Of a stretch of 64,000 nt of DNA, positions 35,781 through 44,279 are shown in pieces (position 1 is the stretch's first letter; each line of letters starts with the position of its first letter). The notes beneath the pieces were generated by a model. It saw only the letters and a program-made list of their open reading frames with translations. It was not told the DNA's origin and searched no databases. Origin of the DNA: a virus. Made by a program: the position numbers and the translations under genes. The DNA lies in IMG/VR virus record IMGVR_UViG_3300028573_000014, positions 15,954 through 79,953 of that record. The stretch is one strand, 5' to 3'.

Positions 35781-37140
35781 TTTGCCAGCGCTCCAATGAT
35801 GCCTGCGCAGCTTGCCGTGCTTCCTGAGCAGTAGTGCCTTCCCCGAAATCATGATAGGCCGCAAAGACAGCCCCGCTGCGCTTCGTTGTTGTAGTCCACA
35901 CCCATTTGTCGTTATATAAATTGTGACTCACCACCATCATGCAGTTGTAGTCGGGAATCGCAGTCTGGCAGGAGTAGAGGCTGCTATTATCCTTCCATTT
36001 ATAGACGGAGGGTTGCCACGTCTCTGGCTTTTCGTAACCCTTATCGGTCAGCCACTCCTCGAACATCTTGCGCTGCTCAGCGTAAGCGCCCTTCGCTATC
36101 TCCACCTCGTGGCGCATGAACTCCTCGGCAGTTATTGCCATCCGCCACTCGTCCAGCAGGCTACAAATAACATGAGCGTCACCGTCGGAACGATGGGCAT
36201 ACTGCTGTTCAAGAGCATCAGCACGCCATTTGGTCAGTGGCAGCCAGACACCATCTTCCGCCGGAGCAGGGACTGCCACAATCCGTCCTTCTACCCCATC
36301 GTAGATATGGTACTTTGCGTCGGGCGTTTCGGGAGTATCTTGAAGCCACTTGAGCCACATCAGTGCCAGATCGAGATTGTCAGTGCTATGACCTTCGACC
36401 ATATTCTTGCCATTCCAGATCGAGTATCGGAGTTTCTGCACCTTGTTTGCCTCAATGATCTCCAGCAGTCCTCTTATATATTTCGCTGCCGCCCGTGCCA
36501 CGCCAGCAGCCTCACGAGGCATCCAGCCCAGTTGTCTTTCATCACTCCAGACTGCCAGCGCTGTACGCGCCCCGGCAAGCGATAGCTGTTGAAGACCAGG
36601 CAAATCTGGCAGTGGCTGTCGGTCTATCAGATCGAATTGCGCCAGTCCGCCTGCCTGTCTGTCTCGGAGAAATTGCTGGGCTTCAGCCAGATCGTCGGTT
36701 TCAAAGGCATCCCACCTGAAATCGAACTTTATGCCCTGGATTAGATACCGTTTTGAAGTAATCACCTCCACCGTACTTGCGCTCACGCTGAACTTCTTAT
36801 CGGGTATATCGAGATACACCACCACAACTTGATATTCGCCCACCTGTACAACCTGCGCCTCGGATGGGACCCGCACAACTCCACCCTGGGCATTCACTGT
36901 AGCCTTATGGACGAACACGCGCTGTCCAACTTTTATCTCCACGCCATTGCGGTCATGCAGTGGCGCTGGTCTCTCGACATCAATCCTTATTTTCGATGCA
37001 GTGTCCAGTATCTGGTACTTCACCTGCGGATTGCGCGACTGGAGTTCCCTGACCTCCTGCACAGCGAGTTGCAGATCATCCGTGTCATAGAAGTTGACCG
37101 CACCACCATCGTTCTTTATCTGCACGACAAATCGTTTCAT
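35767..37140 (-). CDS. Modular repeat protein (3 TDDL modules, SH3/KOW-like segment)
   Basis: YDTDDLQLA, FETDDLAEA, HSTDNLDLA repeats; DRNGVEIKVGQRV. Confidence 0.6.
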   Translation of the reverse strand: MKRFVVQIKNDGGAVNFYDTDDLQLAVQEVRELQSRNPQVKYQILDTASKIRIDVERPAPLHDRNGVEIKVGQRVFVHKATVNAQGGVVRVPSEAQVVQVGEYQVVVVYLDIPDKKFSVSASTVEVITSKRYLIQGIKFDFRWDAFETDDLAEAQQFLRDRQAGGLAQFDLIDRQPLPDLPGLQQLSLAGARTALAVWSDERQLGWMPREAAGVARAAAKYIRGLLEIIEANKVQKLRYSIWNGKNMVEGHSTDNLDLALMWLKWLQDTPETPDAKYHIYDGVEGRIVAVPAPAEDGVWLPLTKWRADALEQQYAHRSDGDAHVICSLLDEWRMAITAEEFMRHEVEIAKGAYAEQRKMFEEWLTDKGYEKPETWQPSVYKWKDNSSLYSCQTAIPDYNCMMVVSHNLYNDKWVWTTTTKRSGAVFAAYHDFGEGTTAQEARQAAQASLERWQNGRS

Positions 37141-37604
37141 TCTATGTCATCCTCATTGAACTTCTTCGCCCACGTCACTGCCAGCATCTTGGCTTCTTCG
37201 GGCGTATAGCATTTACCCCAGCCATCTTTCCGCCGGATGTTAAGATCCTTGCCATACTGTACATCCCAGTACCAGTGGGCTTCACTCGGAAAGCCTGCCA
37301 TCCGATTGAGATCGTACTGGACCCGAATCTTTACCCCGTTGACCACTGCCTCGTAGCGAGGGTTGATCTTCTCGTCCACTGTCCAGTCCACATCTCTCAC
37401 CATGTTGGTTCTGGCAAGGTACGTCAACTCTTCCACACCTGCGGCATCCTCATCTATCAGAAACTGATACTTCTCACCCATCTCGGCAAGGCGGATCAAG
37501 TCCGGCAGAATATCCGCCAGCTCTTCTTCGCTCAATCCGAGAAAATTCCAGTTGACCAGCCTATTGTACAGAGACTTCGCCCGTTGGATTACATTCTCAG
37601 CCAT
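37137..37604 (-). CDS. Hypothetical protein
   Basis: Coupled ORF. Confidence 0.55.
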   Translation of the reverse strand: MAENVIQRAKSLYNRLVNWNFLGLSEEELADILPDLIRLAEMGEKYQFLIDEDAAGVEELTYLARTNMVRDVDWTVDEKINPRYEAVVNGVKIRVQYDLNRMAGFPSEAHWYWDVQYGKDLNIRRKDGWGKCYTPEEAKMLAVTWAKKFNEDDIE

Positions 37605-37613
37605 CTATTCCCC

Positions 37614-37796
37614 TTACCACATCAACAGCATCACGGCTGCCCCGCCCAACAACACCGCACAGTGAATGCCTGCCAGCCAGTAGTCATCGAACGTCAGGCT
37701 GCGCTGACTGGCTATATATCTCAATGTCCTGATCACATACACGAAGACCATCATGGCGAATATATCTACTGCGATGATGATGGCGTGGATGATCAA
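37614..37796 (-). CDS. Small membrane protein
   Basis: Two TM helices. Confidence 0.5.
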   Translation of the reverse strand: MIIHAIIIAVDIFAMMVFVYVIRTLRYIASQRSLTFDDYWLAGIHCAVLLGGAAVMLLMW

Positions 37797-38095
37797 TCGA
37801 CATCCTCATAGGTTATCTCATCATCGGATGGCGGGAGTTCTTCGTCTGGCACCGGATAACCATATTCAATCTTCCCGTCTGGCGATTGGAACTCTGGGGA
37901 GAGGATGCCAGCTTTGCGAAGATGCTCGACAGGCTGGGCAGGCAGCGCTGCGATCAGTGTCTCTATCATCCACTGCGATGCCTTACCGCTCAATGCCAGC
38001 ATACCCAGATATTCGTGTAACCGCTTCTGCTCACTGTCATCGGAGGACAGGTTGAAGCCATGTCGCCAGATGTCTACGTTCTTTTTGTGGGACAT
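37793..38095 (-). CDS. Ribbon-helix-helix (ParR-like) DNA-binding protein
   Basis: GFNLSSDD..QKRLHEYL..L...GKASQWMIETL; directly downstream of an 11-bp array. Confidence 0.55.
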   Translation of the reverse strand: MSHKKNVDIWRHGFNLSSDDSEQKRLHEYLGMLALSGKASQWMIETLIAALPAQPVEHLRKAGILSPEFQSPDGKIEYGYPVPDEELPPSDDEITYEDVD

Positions 38096-38104
38096 ATGTC
38101 ACCT

Positions 38105-38170
38105 TTGTGTAACCGTTACATCACTGTTGAGTAAGGGTTACTCAACCCTTGTGTGACTGTTGTGCGTCAC
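38105..38170. repeat. Six tandem degenerate 11-bp repeats (consensus TTGTGTAACYG)
   Basis: TTGTGTAACCG TTACATCACTG TTGAGTAAGGG TTACTCAACCC TTGTGTGACTG TTGTGCGTCAC. Confidence 0.75.
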
Positions 38171-38451
38171 GCGCCTTGCCATCTTTCGTGGGTCAGTTCG
38201 TAGAACCGATCATATACATGATCGTCATCCTCTGGGACGAAGGCAGGATCAAGTATCTTCAGCACTACCTGCTCGACGGTCAGATCATCCTTCGTGACCA
38301 GTCCATAGTCATATCCACCGCTGTCGATGTCAGGGTAGTAGTAGAACGTCTCGCCTACCAGATCGAGCGACTTTATGTCCAGCTTATCCAGATCGTATAG
38401 CCCGATCACCATTTGTTGGAAGTCTCGTCCAGCCTGGTTGTTGCCCATCAA
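38167..38451 (-). CDS. Acidic hypothetical protein
   Basis: First gene after leftward promoter; SD GAGGT. Confidence 0.55.
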   Translation of the reverse strand: MMGNNQAGRDFQQMVIGLYDLDKLDIKSLDLVGETFYYYPDIDSGGYDYGLVTKDDLTVEQVVLKILDPAFVPEDDDHVYDRFYELTHERWQGA

Positions 38452-38474
38452 TACCTCGTTGTTATTTACTGTCT

Positions 38475-38503
38475 ATGATATGACCTCATATATCGTCTGT
38501 CAA
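38475..38503 (-). promoter_or_regulatory. Leftward sigma70 promoter
   Basis: TTGACA-17 nt-TATCAT on - strand. Confidence 0.75.
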
Positions 38504-38508
38504 CACTC

Positions 38509-38574
38509 TTGTGTAACCGTTGAGTAAGTGTTGTGCTACCGTTGTGTAACTGTCACCCAACTGTTGTGTGATGG
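38509..38574. repeat. Second array of six tandem 11-bp repeats
   Basis: TTGTGTAACCG TTGAGTAAGTG TTGTGCTACCG TTGTGTAACTG TCACCCAACTG TTGTGTGATGG, abutting the -35 box. Confidence 0.8.
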
Positions 38575-38639
38575 TCTATTTGAGAGTTGTCGTTTCATTG
38601 CGGAAGTGTTGATGCTCATCAATGATCCAGTTCGATTTT

Positions 38640-38760
38640 TTGATCTGGCCTTAGATCAGCTAACGCGACTGGGGCATCGCGGCTCGGCTATTAGTACCCC
38701 TCCGGGGATGGTATTATTGCAATGTTTACTGATTATTTCCGATAATAACTATTATCGCGT
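38640..38760. other. Putative genome terminus / packaging site
   Basis: Non-coding divergence point, composition shift, CCCC-TCC-GGGG and CGATAAT-AACT-ATTATCG palindromes. Confidence 0.35.
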
Positions 38761-38861
38761 AAGGTCGGCAAATTATGCGATAGCTAGGCGCTGGATTGCG
38801 ATTGTGAACGATGGCACAAGCGCGGTTAAGTTCATTAACGAAGCATTGCCTAAAAATTGAT

Positions 38862-39188
38862 TTAAAATTGTTTAGTTCGTTCACTAAAGAATAGTTTCAT
38901 GTCTCTAAGCAAAACGTAGTATTTAGCTTGCAATCCATAGGATCGGTTAAGCATGTTGATTGCACTATCTGGAATAGGATAGATTGGTACACTATGCGAG
39001 ATCATAACGTACACATGAGGATTAGGTCGACGACCATAAATCAGGCGATAAGCCTTATTGATCGTCATAGCATCATGACAGTTTTGAGTCCACAATTTTT
39101 CTGCGAAGCATTTACCGCGCTTCGTGGTCCAGAATGCCGGGTCTATCCCTTCGCACCATAACGGTATTAAATCACTTAGTTCTATCAT
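38862..39188 (-). CDS. HTH-like protein, paralog of 24548..25066
   Basis: IDPAFWTTKRGKCFAEKLW...AMTINKAYRLIYG versus ISPWLWETKGGRKVAWAQW...ALTPSQAARLFWG; TG-C-TACAAT extended -10 at 39198-39206. Confidence 0.55.
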   Translation of the reverse strand: MIELSDLIPLWCEGIDPAFWTTKRGKCFAEKLWTQNCHDAMTINKAYRLIYGRRPNPHVYVMISHSVPIYPIPDSAINMLNRSYGLQAKYYVLLRDMKLFFSERTKQF

Positions 39189-39444
39189 AGTTAAGCGATT
39201 GTAGCACGTAGCAGGCGCAAGGCGCAACGATGCATCGTAACAGTACTGAATTACAGGGCCGCAATCGATAGCGAAGCATAGCACGAAGGATTGCGCAATC
39301 GATGCAAGGCGAAGCATAGGCCAGGTCGTAGCAGGCGCGATCATAGTCCAGTGTTATCGCCTGCTCAATTTGCTGGCAAGGTAGAACAGAATAGAACATA
39401 AACCTACGCTTTGAAAATTGGTGAAAATTGGTTGTCTAAACCTA

Positions 39445-39473
39445 TTGACAGTGTACTGCAATAAGAGTATAAT
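39445..39473 (+). promoter_or_regulatory. Early sigma70 promoter P1 with overlapping operator
   Basis: TTGACA-17-TATAAT. Confidence 0.9.
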
Positions 39474-39513
39474 TCTCTCATAAGACGCGAGCACACACGA
39501 AGGATTAAACAAC

Positions 39514-39735
39514 ATGTTTTCACTAAAAGCCACAATCGCCGAAAGAAACAACGAAACAATAGTGATGTTTTCCGACGAAGGTGCGAAGTTTCAGGAAGAT
39601 TGCTTAAACACTGTCGGGTTAGTCAAGTTCTCACCCGCTCACAAAATGATCGGTTCACTAGTAACGGCTATCAACAATAACCAGATTTCAGTAAGCGAAG
39701 CAACCAAAAAGTTTAACGCCGCATTAAGCAACTAA
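39514..39735 (+). CDS. Early hypothetical protein
   Basis: First ORF after P1 with SD. Confidence 0.6.
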   Translation: MFSLKATIAERNNETIVMFSDEGAKFQEDCLNTVGLVKFSPAHKMIGSLVTAINNNQISVSEATKKFNAALSN

Positions 39736-39765
39736 GTCAATCGACACAATAAGGGATAAGCTACC

Positions 39766-40233
39766 ATGATCACAAATTGCCCTAAGTGCGGCGGACTCGG
39801 TCACATTGCCTGCTATGGTCACATAGCGCAAGGTGCGTGCTTTAAATGTAATGGGACGGGCAAAATTAATGCACCGGTGGCACGCAAGGATCGCAAGGTG
39901 CAATCCCCTGAGCGCAAAGCAGAATTAGCGGCATTAAAAGCAGATAAGCTAATTATTGGTACAGTCGATGACGCGATCAAACGTGCCATTGATGCTATTG
40001 CAGATAAGCCATCGTATAAGGCAGAAATAAGCTTGCTTATCAATTGCTTCGTGCGTGAGGTAAGCATAGCAGGCTTGACACTCTACCAGGCAAGGATCGC
40101 AGATGAGAAGTTAAGCAAGGCGATCTACCGCTTGCCATCTAGCAGCGATCTATCCTGGTTGACTATCAACAAGCCTTACACGCTTAACGATGGCATTATA
40201 AAGCAGGCAATCCATAATCACATAGGACGGTAA
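39766..40233 (+). CDS. Early protein with CxxCxGxG Zn finger
   Basis: CPKCGGLG...CFKCNGTG. Confidence 0.65.
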   Translation: MITNCPKCGGLGHIACYGHIAQGACFKCNGTGKINAPVARKDRKVQSPERKAELAALKADKLIIGTVDDAIKRAIDAIADKPSYKAEISLLINCFVREVSIAGLTLYQARIADEKLSKAIYRLPSSSDLSWLTINKPYTLNDGIIKQAIHNHIGR

Positions 40234-40236
40234 AAA

Positions 40237-40431
40237 ATGATCGAACGAATAAGCATTGTACGCAAACTCATAGAACTAAACCAGAAACAACTTGAACACG
40301 ATCAATTGATTCTAGAGTCCTCGTCTTACAATAGCGCTCAATGGTTAGTTTATCGGCAAGCGGTAGAGTCAGATAAACGGACAATTGAGCGTTATGAGAA
40401 CGAATTAAAACAATTGGAGAATCAATCATGA
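40237..40431 (+). CDS. Early hypothetical protein
   Basis: Helical hairpin ORF with SD. Confidence 0.55.
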   Translation: MIERISIVRKLIELNQKQLEHDQLILESSSYNSAQWLVYRQAVESDKRTIERYENELKQLENQS

Positions 40432-40652
40432 TCGCATTAACCATAGTCTCACTTCGCACCGGTGATCTTGTATTGCAAGACACGTTTAACGATAGCTTCG
40501 TGTGGGAAATTATCGCCACATACACAGAATGCACCGATCTTCCCTACGATTGTACTAGCTTCGTAGCAGGCGCGTTTTATGTGGCCCTGGATGATATCGA
40601 TAACTGAGAATTTTCGTTATGTGTCTGTTATGCTAATTCAGTAAATTGGTTA

Positions 40653-40681
40653 TTGACAGTACACTGCAAAAAGCATATAAT
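40653..40681 (+). promoter_or_regulatory. Early sigma70 promoter P2 with overlapping operator
   Basis: TTGACA-17-TATAAT. Confidence 0.9.
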
Positions 40682-40719
40682 GGTATTCATAGACACGCGA
40701 GCACATGAGGGTAACGAAA

Positions 40720-40959
40720 ATGAACGGGTTTAACTTCACTTCACAGAATTGGCAAGTCGACGAACACGAAGTAACGCCTACATTCGATAATGATGTTTTT
40801 AGCGCCATCGCCGCCGGCCAGGCTTGTGCAATTGCCCGTAAAGATAAGAGCGGTATTGAGTTTTTCAAGAGCATTGCAAAGAAAGGCAACATCGCATCGT
40901 TAACCAGCAAGGAGCAATCCCTAATCCGTATCTGGTATATGCGCTCATTGGAGAGCTAA
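40720..40959 (+). CDS. Early hypothetical protein
   Basis: SD GAGGG before ATG 40720. Confidence 0.55.
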   Translation: MNGFNFTSQNWQVDEHEVTPTFDNDVFSAIAAGQACAIARKDKSGIEFFKSIAKKGNIASLTSKEQSLIRIWYMRSLES

Positions 40960-40965
40960 GTCAAC

Positions 40966-41184
40966 ATGAACACGGTAAACGATAAGCGCCTGCTCTTAAT
41001 CTCAGTACTGGAAGATCGCCGCACCAATGCCATTATGCGGGGAAACTTCAAAACCGCGAAAAACTTAACACGTTGGATCTGCTTCTTGCGTGGTCCTGCT
41101 ACCAGATACGATATCGCGGCCCTGTATACAGAATATCGATGCAATCATGAAACTATCGCGCCTGCTCAGTTAACTCTATTTTAA
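40966..41184 (+). CDS. Early protein ending in clamp-binding-like QLTLF
   Basis: C-terminal QLTLF*. Confidence 0.55.
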   Translation: MNTVNDKRLLLISVLEDRRTNAIMRGNFKTAKNLTRWICFLRGPATRYDIAALYTEYRCNHETIAPAQLTLF

Positions 41185-41303
41185 AAGGGGTGATCACCAT
41201 GAAACAAGCGAAGCATATGAAACGCGCCACGCGTAACAATCGGCAATTTGTCAAGGCTTATCTCAAGTCTAAGACTCGCAAGTTCTAAAAGGATATACCA
41301 ATC

Positions 41304-41603
41304 ATGATCAAGTCAATGTTTTCTATCGATGATGAACCGGGCGTTATCTATCCTGGTTATACAGATGAACTAACCGCTTACATGGGGTTTGAGGATCCTT
41401 CGTTTGAACTTGCGATAGTACTGGAAATTTTAAAGGATCGGAGCGTCGAATATACATTCGATAACGATACTTTCAGCATACCAGAATTCGCGGATTTTAC
41501 GCCAGAAAACGTATACAGCGGATTCGATATCGCCATCGATGGCGAAGTGAAGCACGTGTATAACGTGGGACAATGGTTGTTTATCTGGAATAGGGCGGTT
41601 TAG
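41304..41603 (+). CDS. Acidic early hypothetical protein
   Basis: FSIDD...YPGYT...P.F...Y.VG..W.W phage family pattern. Confidence 0.6.
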   Translation: MIKSMFSIDDEPGVIYPGYTDELTAYMGFEDPSFELAIVLEILKDRSVEYTFDNDTFSIPEFADFTPENVYSGFDIAIDGEVKHVYNVGQWLFIWNRAV

Positions 41604-41612
41604 TAACACATA

Positions 41613-41640
41613 GCGCCTGCTAATTGGAGTTAGCAGGCGC
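41613..41640. other. Perfect hairpin formed by two inverted AGCAGGCG motifs
   Basis: GCGCCTGCTAA-TTGGAG-TTAGCAGGCGC. Confidence 0.7.
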
Positions 41641-41677
41641 AATTGTGAGACTAAGCATATTACAGGGGATATCATCG

Positions 41678-42427
41678 ATGTTAACCAATGGTTGTAGAGT
41701 AGCAGGCATATACGATGGCAAGTCATTTACTGGCAACTTGTATGAGTTAAATCATATTAGCAGTATTGAGTTAGACAATGGGATCATAGGGTTTGACGGG
41801 CGATATACTGAGCGCTTGCATATGTACACTGATAACCATAAGGCAAGCCAGCAATTTTGGGAAATCCCAGAATCCCCGGTTAATAGTGAATATGCCATTG
41901 GTGATCTCTCCGAGATTGCACGCGAATCCCTTGCCAAACAATTTAAGCCTGTAAAGTTAAGTGAATATCGCGCTATGGTGCAAAATAGGTTAATGACCTA
42001 TAAGACGGTAAAGCAGGCAGTAACTTGTGAATATGGTCATAAGCATATGATTGATCGTCGTGTCCCGGTTGCGCCTGCTATCGATGAGAAGCTTCTCAAT
42101 ATTGAATTCTTTTTCTACTGTTTAGCAGAATACGCGCGTTATCTGGAGGAACGTGAGTATGTGGCACGTAACGAAACGTGGAATCGCCTGGCTCGCAAGT
42201 TGTCATTGTCGGCAATTGCCTATGATGGCACGTTTGAGGGACTAGATACAGAGACAATTAAGCATATACGTGCGGAATTGTCGAAGCAATACGACGATCT
42301 ATGCTTCGATTATCAGGTCAAAATCTATGGTGCGAAGTATATGCCGCGTCATATCCGATCTTGTGAGCTATGCTACAAAAACGATCTAGGCAAGCGTTAT
42401 AGTGCTTACCTCGAAGGGATTAAATAA
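41678..42427 (+). CDS. Early hypothetical protein
   Basis: SD GGGGA; long ORF. Confidence 0.6.
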   Translation: MLTNGCRVAGIYDGKSFTGNLYELNHISSIELDNGIIGFDGRYTERLHMYTDNHKASQQFWEIPESPVNSEYAIGDLSEIARESLAKQFKPVKLSEYRAMVQNRLMTYKTVKQAVTCEYGHKHMIDRRVPVAPAIDEKLLNIEFFFYCLAEYARYLEEREYVARNETWNRLARKLSLSAIAYDGTFEGLDTETIKHIRAELSKQYDDLCFDYQVKIYGAKYMPRHIRSCELCYKNDLGKRYSAYLEGIK

Positions 42428-42429
42428 CT

Positions 42430-42948
42430 ATGTGTAACGCGAAGCATGCCTATAAATCAGCATACCGTAAAGAGCGCCAGTACTTTAACAACCTGATAAA
42501 TCCCCTGGATTATCATGATCGCTATGTCGATACTCTACAGGAAAAACAGACTCGTGAGACCTATATGTTTTGGGACGGTATGCAGAATCCGTGGAGTAAT
42601 GATCGTTACTTCGATGCAATGATCGCCTGCTATGCATCGAAGTCAATCTATACGCTTAAAGTACGATCTATGATGCTATGTCAATCATGTGGTGCGGTAA
42701 GTGATGAGTTAGACCATGATACTTGTCCTCATTGCCTGCTTATGGCGAGTCAGGCACTACTTAACGCTGCCAATGATACTTATGAGGATATCGCCAAAAT
42801 ATGGATCAATACCTTCGTGTGGCGTGATGATAATTACTTCGAGATTCAGCGCTTATACGATGATGCAAGCCAGCACGTGCAAGCAATGATCAATCTACAG
42901 GATGAGTATCATGTGGCATATTACAATGCCACCGGTAAGGAATCCTAA
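42430..42948 (+). CDS. Early hypothetical protein with Zn ribbon
   Basis: CQSC...CPHC. Confidence 0.6.
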   Translation: MCNAKHAYKSAYRKERQYFNNLINPLDYHDRYVDTLQEKQTRETYMFWDGMQNPWSNDRYFDAMIACYASKSIYTLKVRSMMLCQSCGAVSDELDHDTCPHCLLMASQALLNAANDTYEDIAKIWINTFVWRDDNYFEIQRLYDDASQHVQAMINLQDEYHVAYYNATGKES

Positions 42949-42949
42949 C

Positions 42950-43183
42950 ATGATCCTGCTACTATGTGCAAAGAATCCACGCACGAAGCAGGAACGAAAC
43001 TACATTCTAAAAATGTGCTATAAGGCTGCCCGCGCGGTAAATGGCGATAAGACTGGGAATAATAATGGATCGAGAGTCTTAGATGGCAAGGTGATCATTG
43101 TAGACTTAGCTGGCAATGCCAGAATTGAAACACAGACAACATATACTCATCGCCCGCTCTTCACATGGATAGACCAGGACTAA
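42950..43183 (+). CDS. Early hypothetical protein
   Basis: SD TAAGGA. Confidence 0.5.
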   Translation: MILLLCAKNPRTKQERNYILKMCYKAARAVNGDKTGNNNGSRVLDGKVIIVDLAGNARIETQTTYTHRPLFTWIDQD

Positions 43184-43189
43184 AACAAC

Positions 43190-43786
43190 ATGAAAACTAA
43201 ACGACAAGTTGCGCCAATGCTCACAAAAAACCAGTTGATTGATCTACTCATTACAGGAATCGCGCATGAACTTGTGAGCGATTATAAAAGCAACTATCCC
43301 TCGATTCAAACGCCTGCTAAGAATTACAAGACAATTGAGAAGTTAGTAAAAACAGGCGTTTTTAAATGGTCTCGCATATACCAATCGGGTGATCATGGTG
43401 CTGGCGTATACTTTACTGAGCAGGCGCTAAAACGATATGAGAAAATGATCCGAGATCGCGCTTATGGGATCGTGCTCCGAGAGTCAATCTTTGATCTTAA
43501 ATACGCTCCGAGATTGCGTGAACAGTTTGCAAACGAATCATGGTTAAAGTACTGCAATACCGAGCCAACTATCTGGCGCTGGTGGAATCACGGTAAGGGA
43601 AGTGCTTTTGAGTTTTTAGAGATAACGTTTACTAATGGGCTGGATCAACGTGTCGAGATTAACTGCAATTATGACACCGATTGTATGGTCTCTTATGAGG
43701 AACGTTTACAACATGCTGATCTGCAATACTCACGCGCTGAAATTGCACGTCTACCAATGGTAGAGCTATATCCCTTCTCACTATAG
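43190..43786 (+). CDS. Early hypothetical protein (wHTH-like N-terminus)
   Basis: LTKNQ...TIEKLVKTG...YFTEQAL. Confidence 0.55.
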   Translation: MKTKRQVAPMLTKNQLIDLLITGIAHELVSDYKSNYPSIQTPAKNYKTIEKLVKTGVFKWSRIYQSGDHGAGVYFTEQALKRYEKMIRDRAYGIVLRESIFDLKYAPRLREQFANESWLKYCNTEPTIWRWWNHGKGSAFEFLEITFTNGLDQRVEINCNYDTDCMVSYEERLQHADLQYSRAEIARLPMVELYPFSL

Positions 43787-43798
43787 AGGATTCTAACT

Positions 43799-44209
43799 AT
43801 GAACACTAAACAAGCCTATGTCGAAGCCTACCGCGTATACCGTCAATTTGATGGATCTTGCACCAATTTACAACTATATAGAACGTCTATACTTTGCAAG
43901 TATGGCACTATAGGCGCGAAGGCAATTGAATCGAGGGATAACCGATCCTATGCTTCGCCAATGCCAACAAAAAAGCATGCTTATCCTGCTATTTATCGGG
44001 CAACCTATCGGTTAGGGCAAATGTACGAACGTTCGATCTTGCTGGCAAGGTTTACACGCAATCCAGGAGACTACGACAAGGCGATAGAAGCGGAAAAGAT
44101 CTTAGATGGCCTGGTGCGAAGCAATCCAGAACACTGGTTATATACTGATTTTGTCAATGGGCGCAATTCCATCCGCGCGGCCCGACAATTGGAGTTGATC
44201 AATTTATAA
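43799..44209 (+). CDS. Early hypothetical protein
   Basis: SD GAGGA. Confidence 0.55.
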   Translation: MNTKQAYVEAYRVYRQFDGSCTNLQLYRTSILCKYGTIGAKAIESRDNRSYASPMPTKKHAYPAIYRATYRLGQMYERSILLARFTRNPGDYDKAIEAEKILDGLVRSNPEHWLYTDFVNGRNSIRAARQLELINL

Positions 44210-44220
44210 CACTTTCGTTA

Positions 44221-44249
44221 TTGACAGTACACTGTAAACCTGCTACAAT
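44221..44249 (+). promoter_or_regulatory. Early sigma70 promoter P3 with overlapping operator
   Basis: TTGACA-17-TACAAT (TG extended). Confidence 0.85.
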
Positions 44250-44279
44250 TCGATACATAAGCAAATGAGGGACTAAACC

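Noticed and set aside
38105-38574. CRISPR-like mini-array
   Set aside because: Units are contiguous 11-mers with no spacers, and no cas genes are present
38691-38701. TTAGTACCCCT shared with the origin iteron flank (61741)
   Set aside because: A single 11-bp match lacking the palindromic core is compatible with chance
38528-38860. 110-aa plus-strand ORF across the putative terminus
   Set aside because: Starts inside the repeat array with no SD and no recognisable protein features
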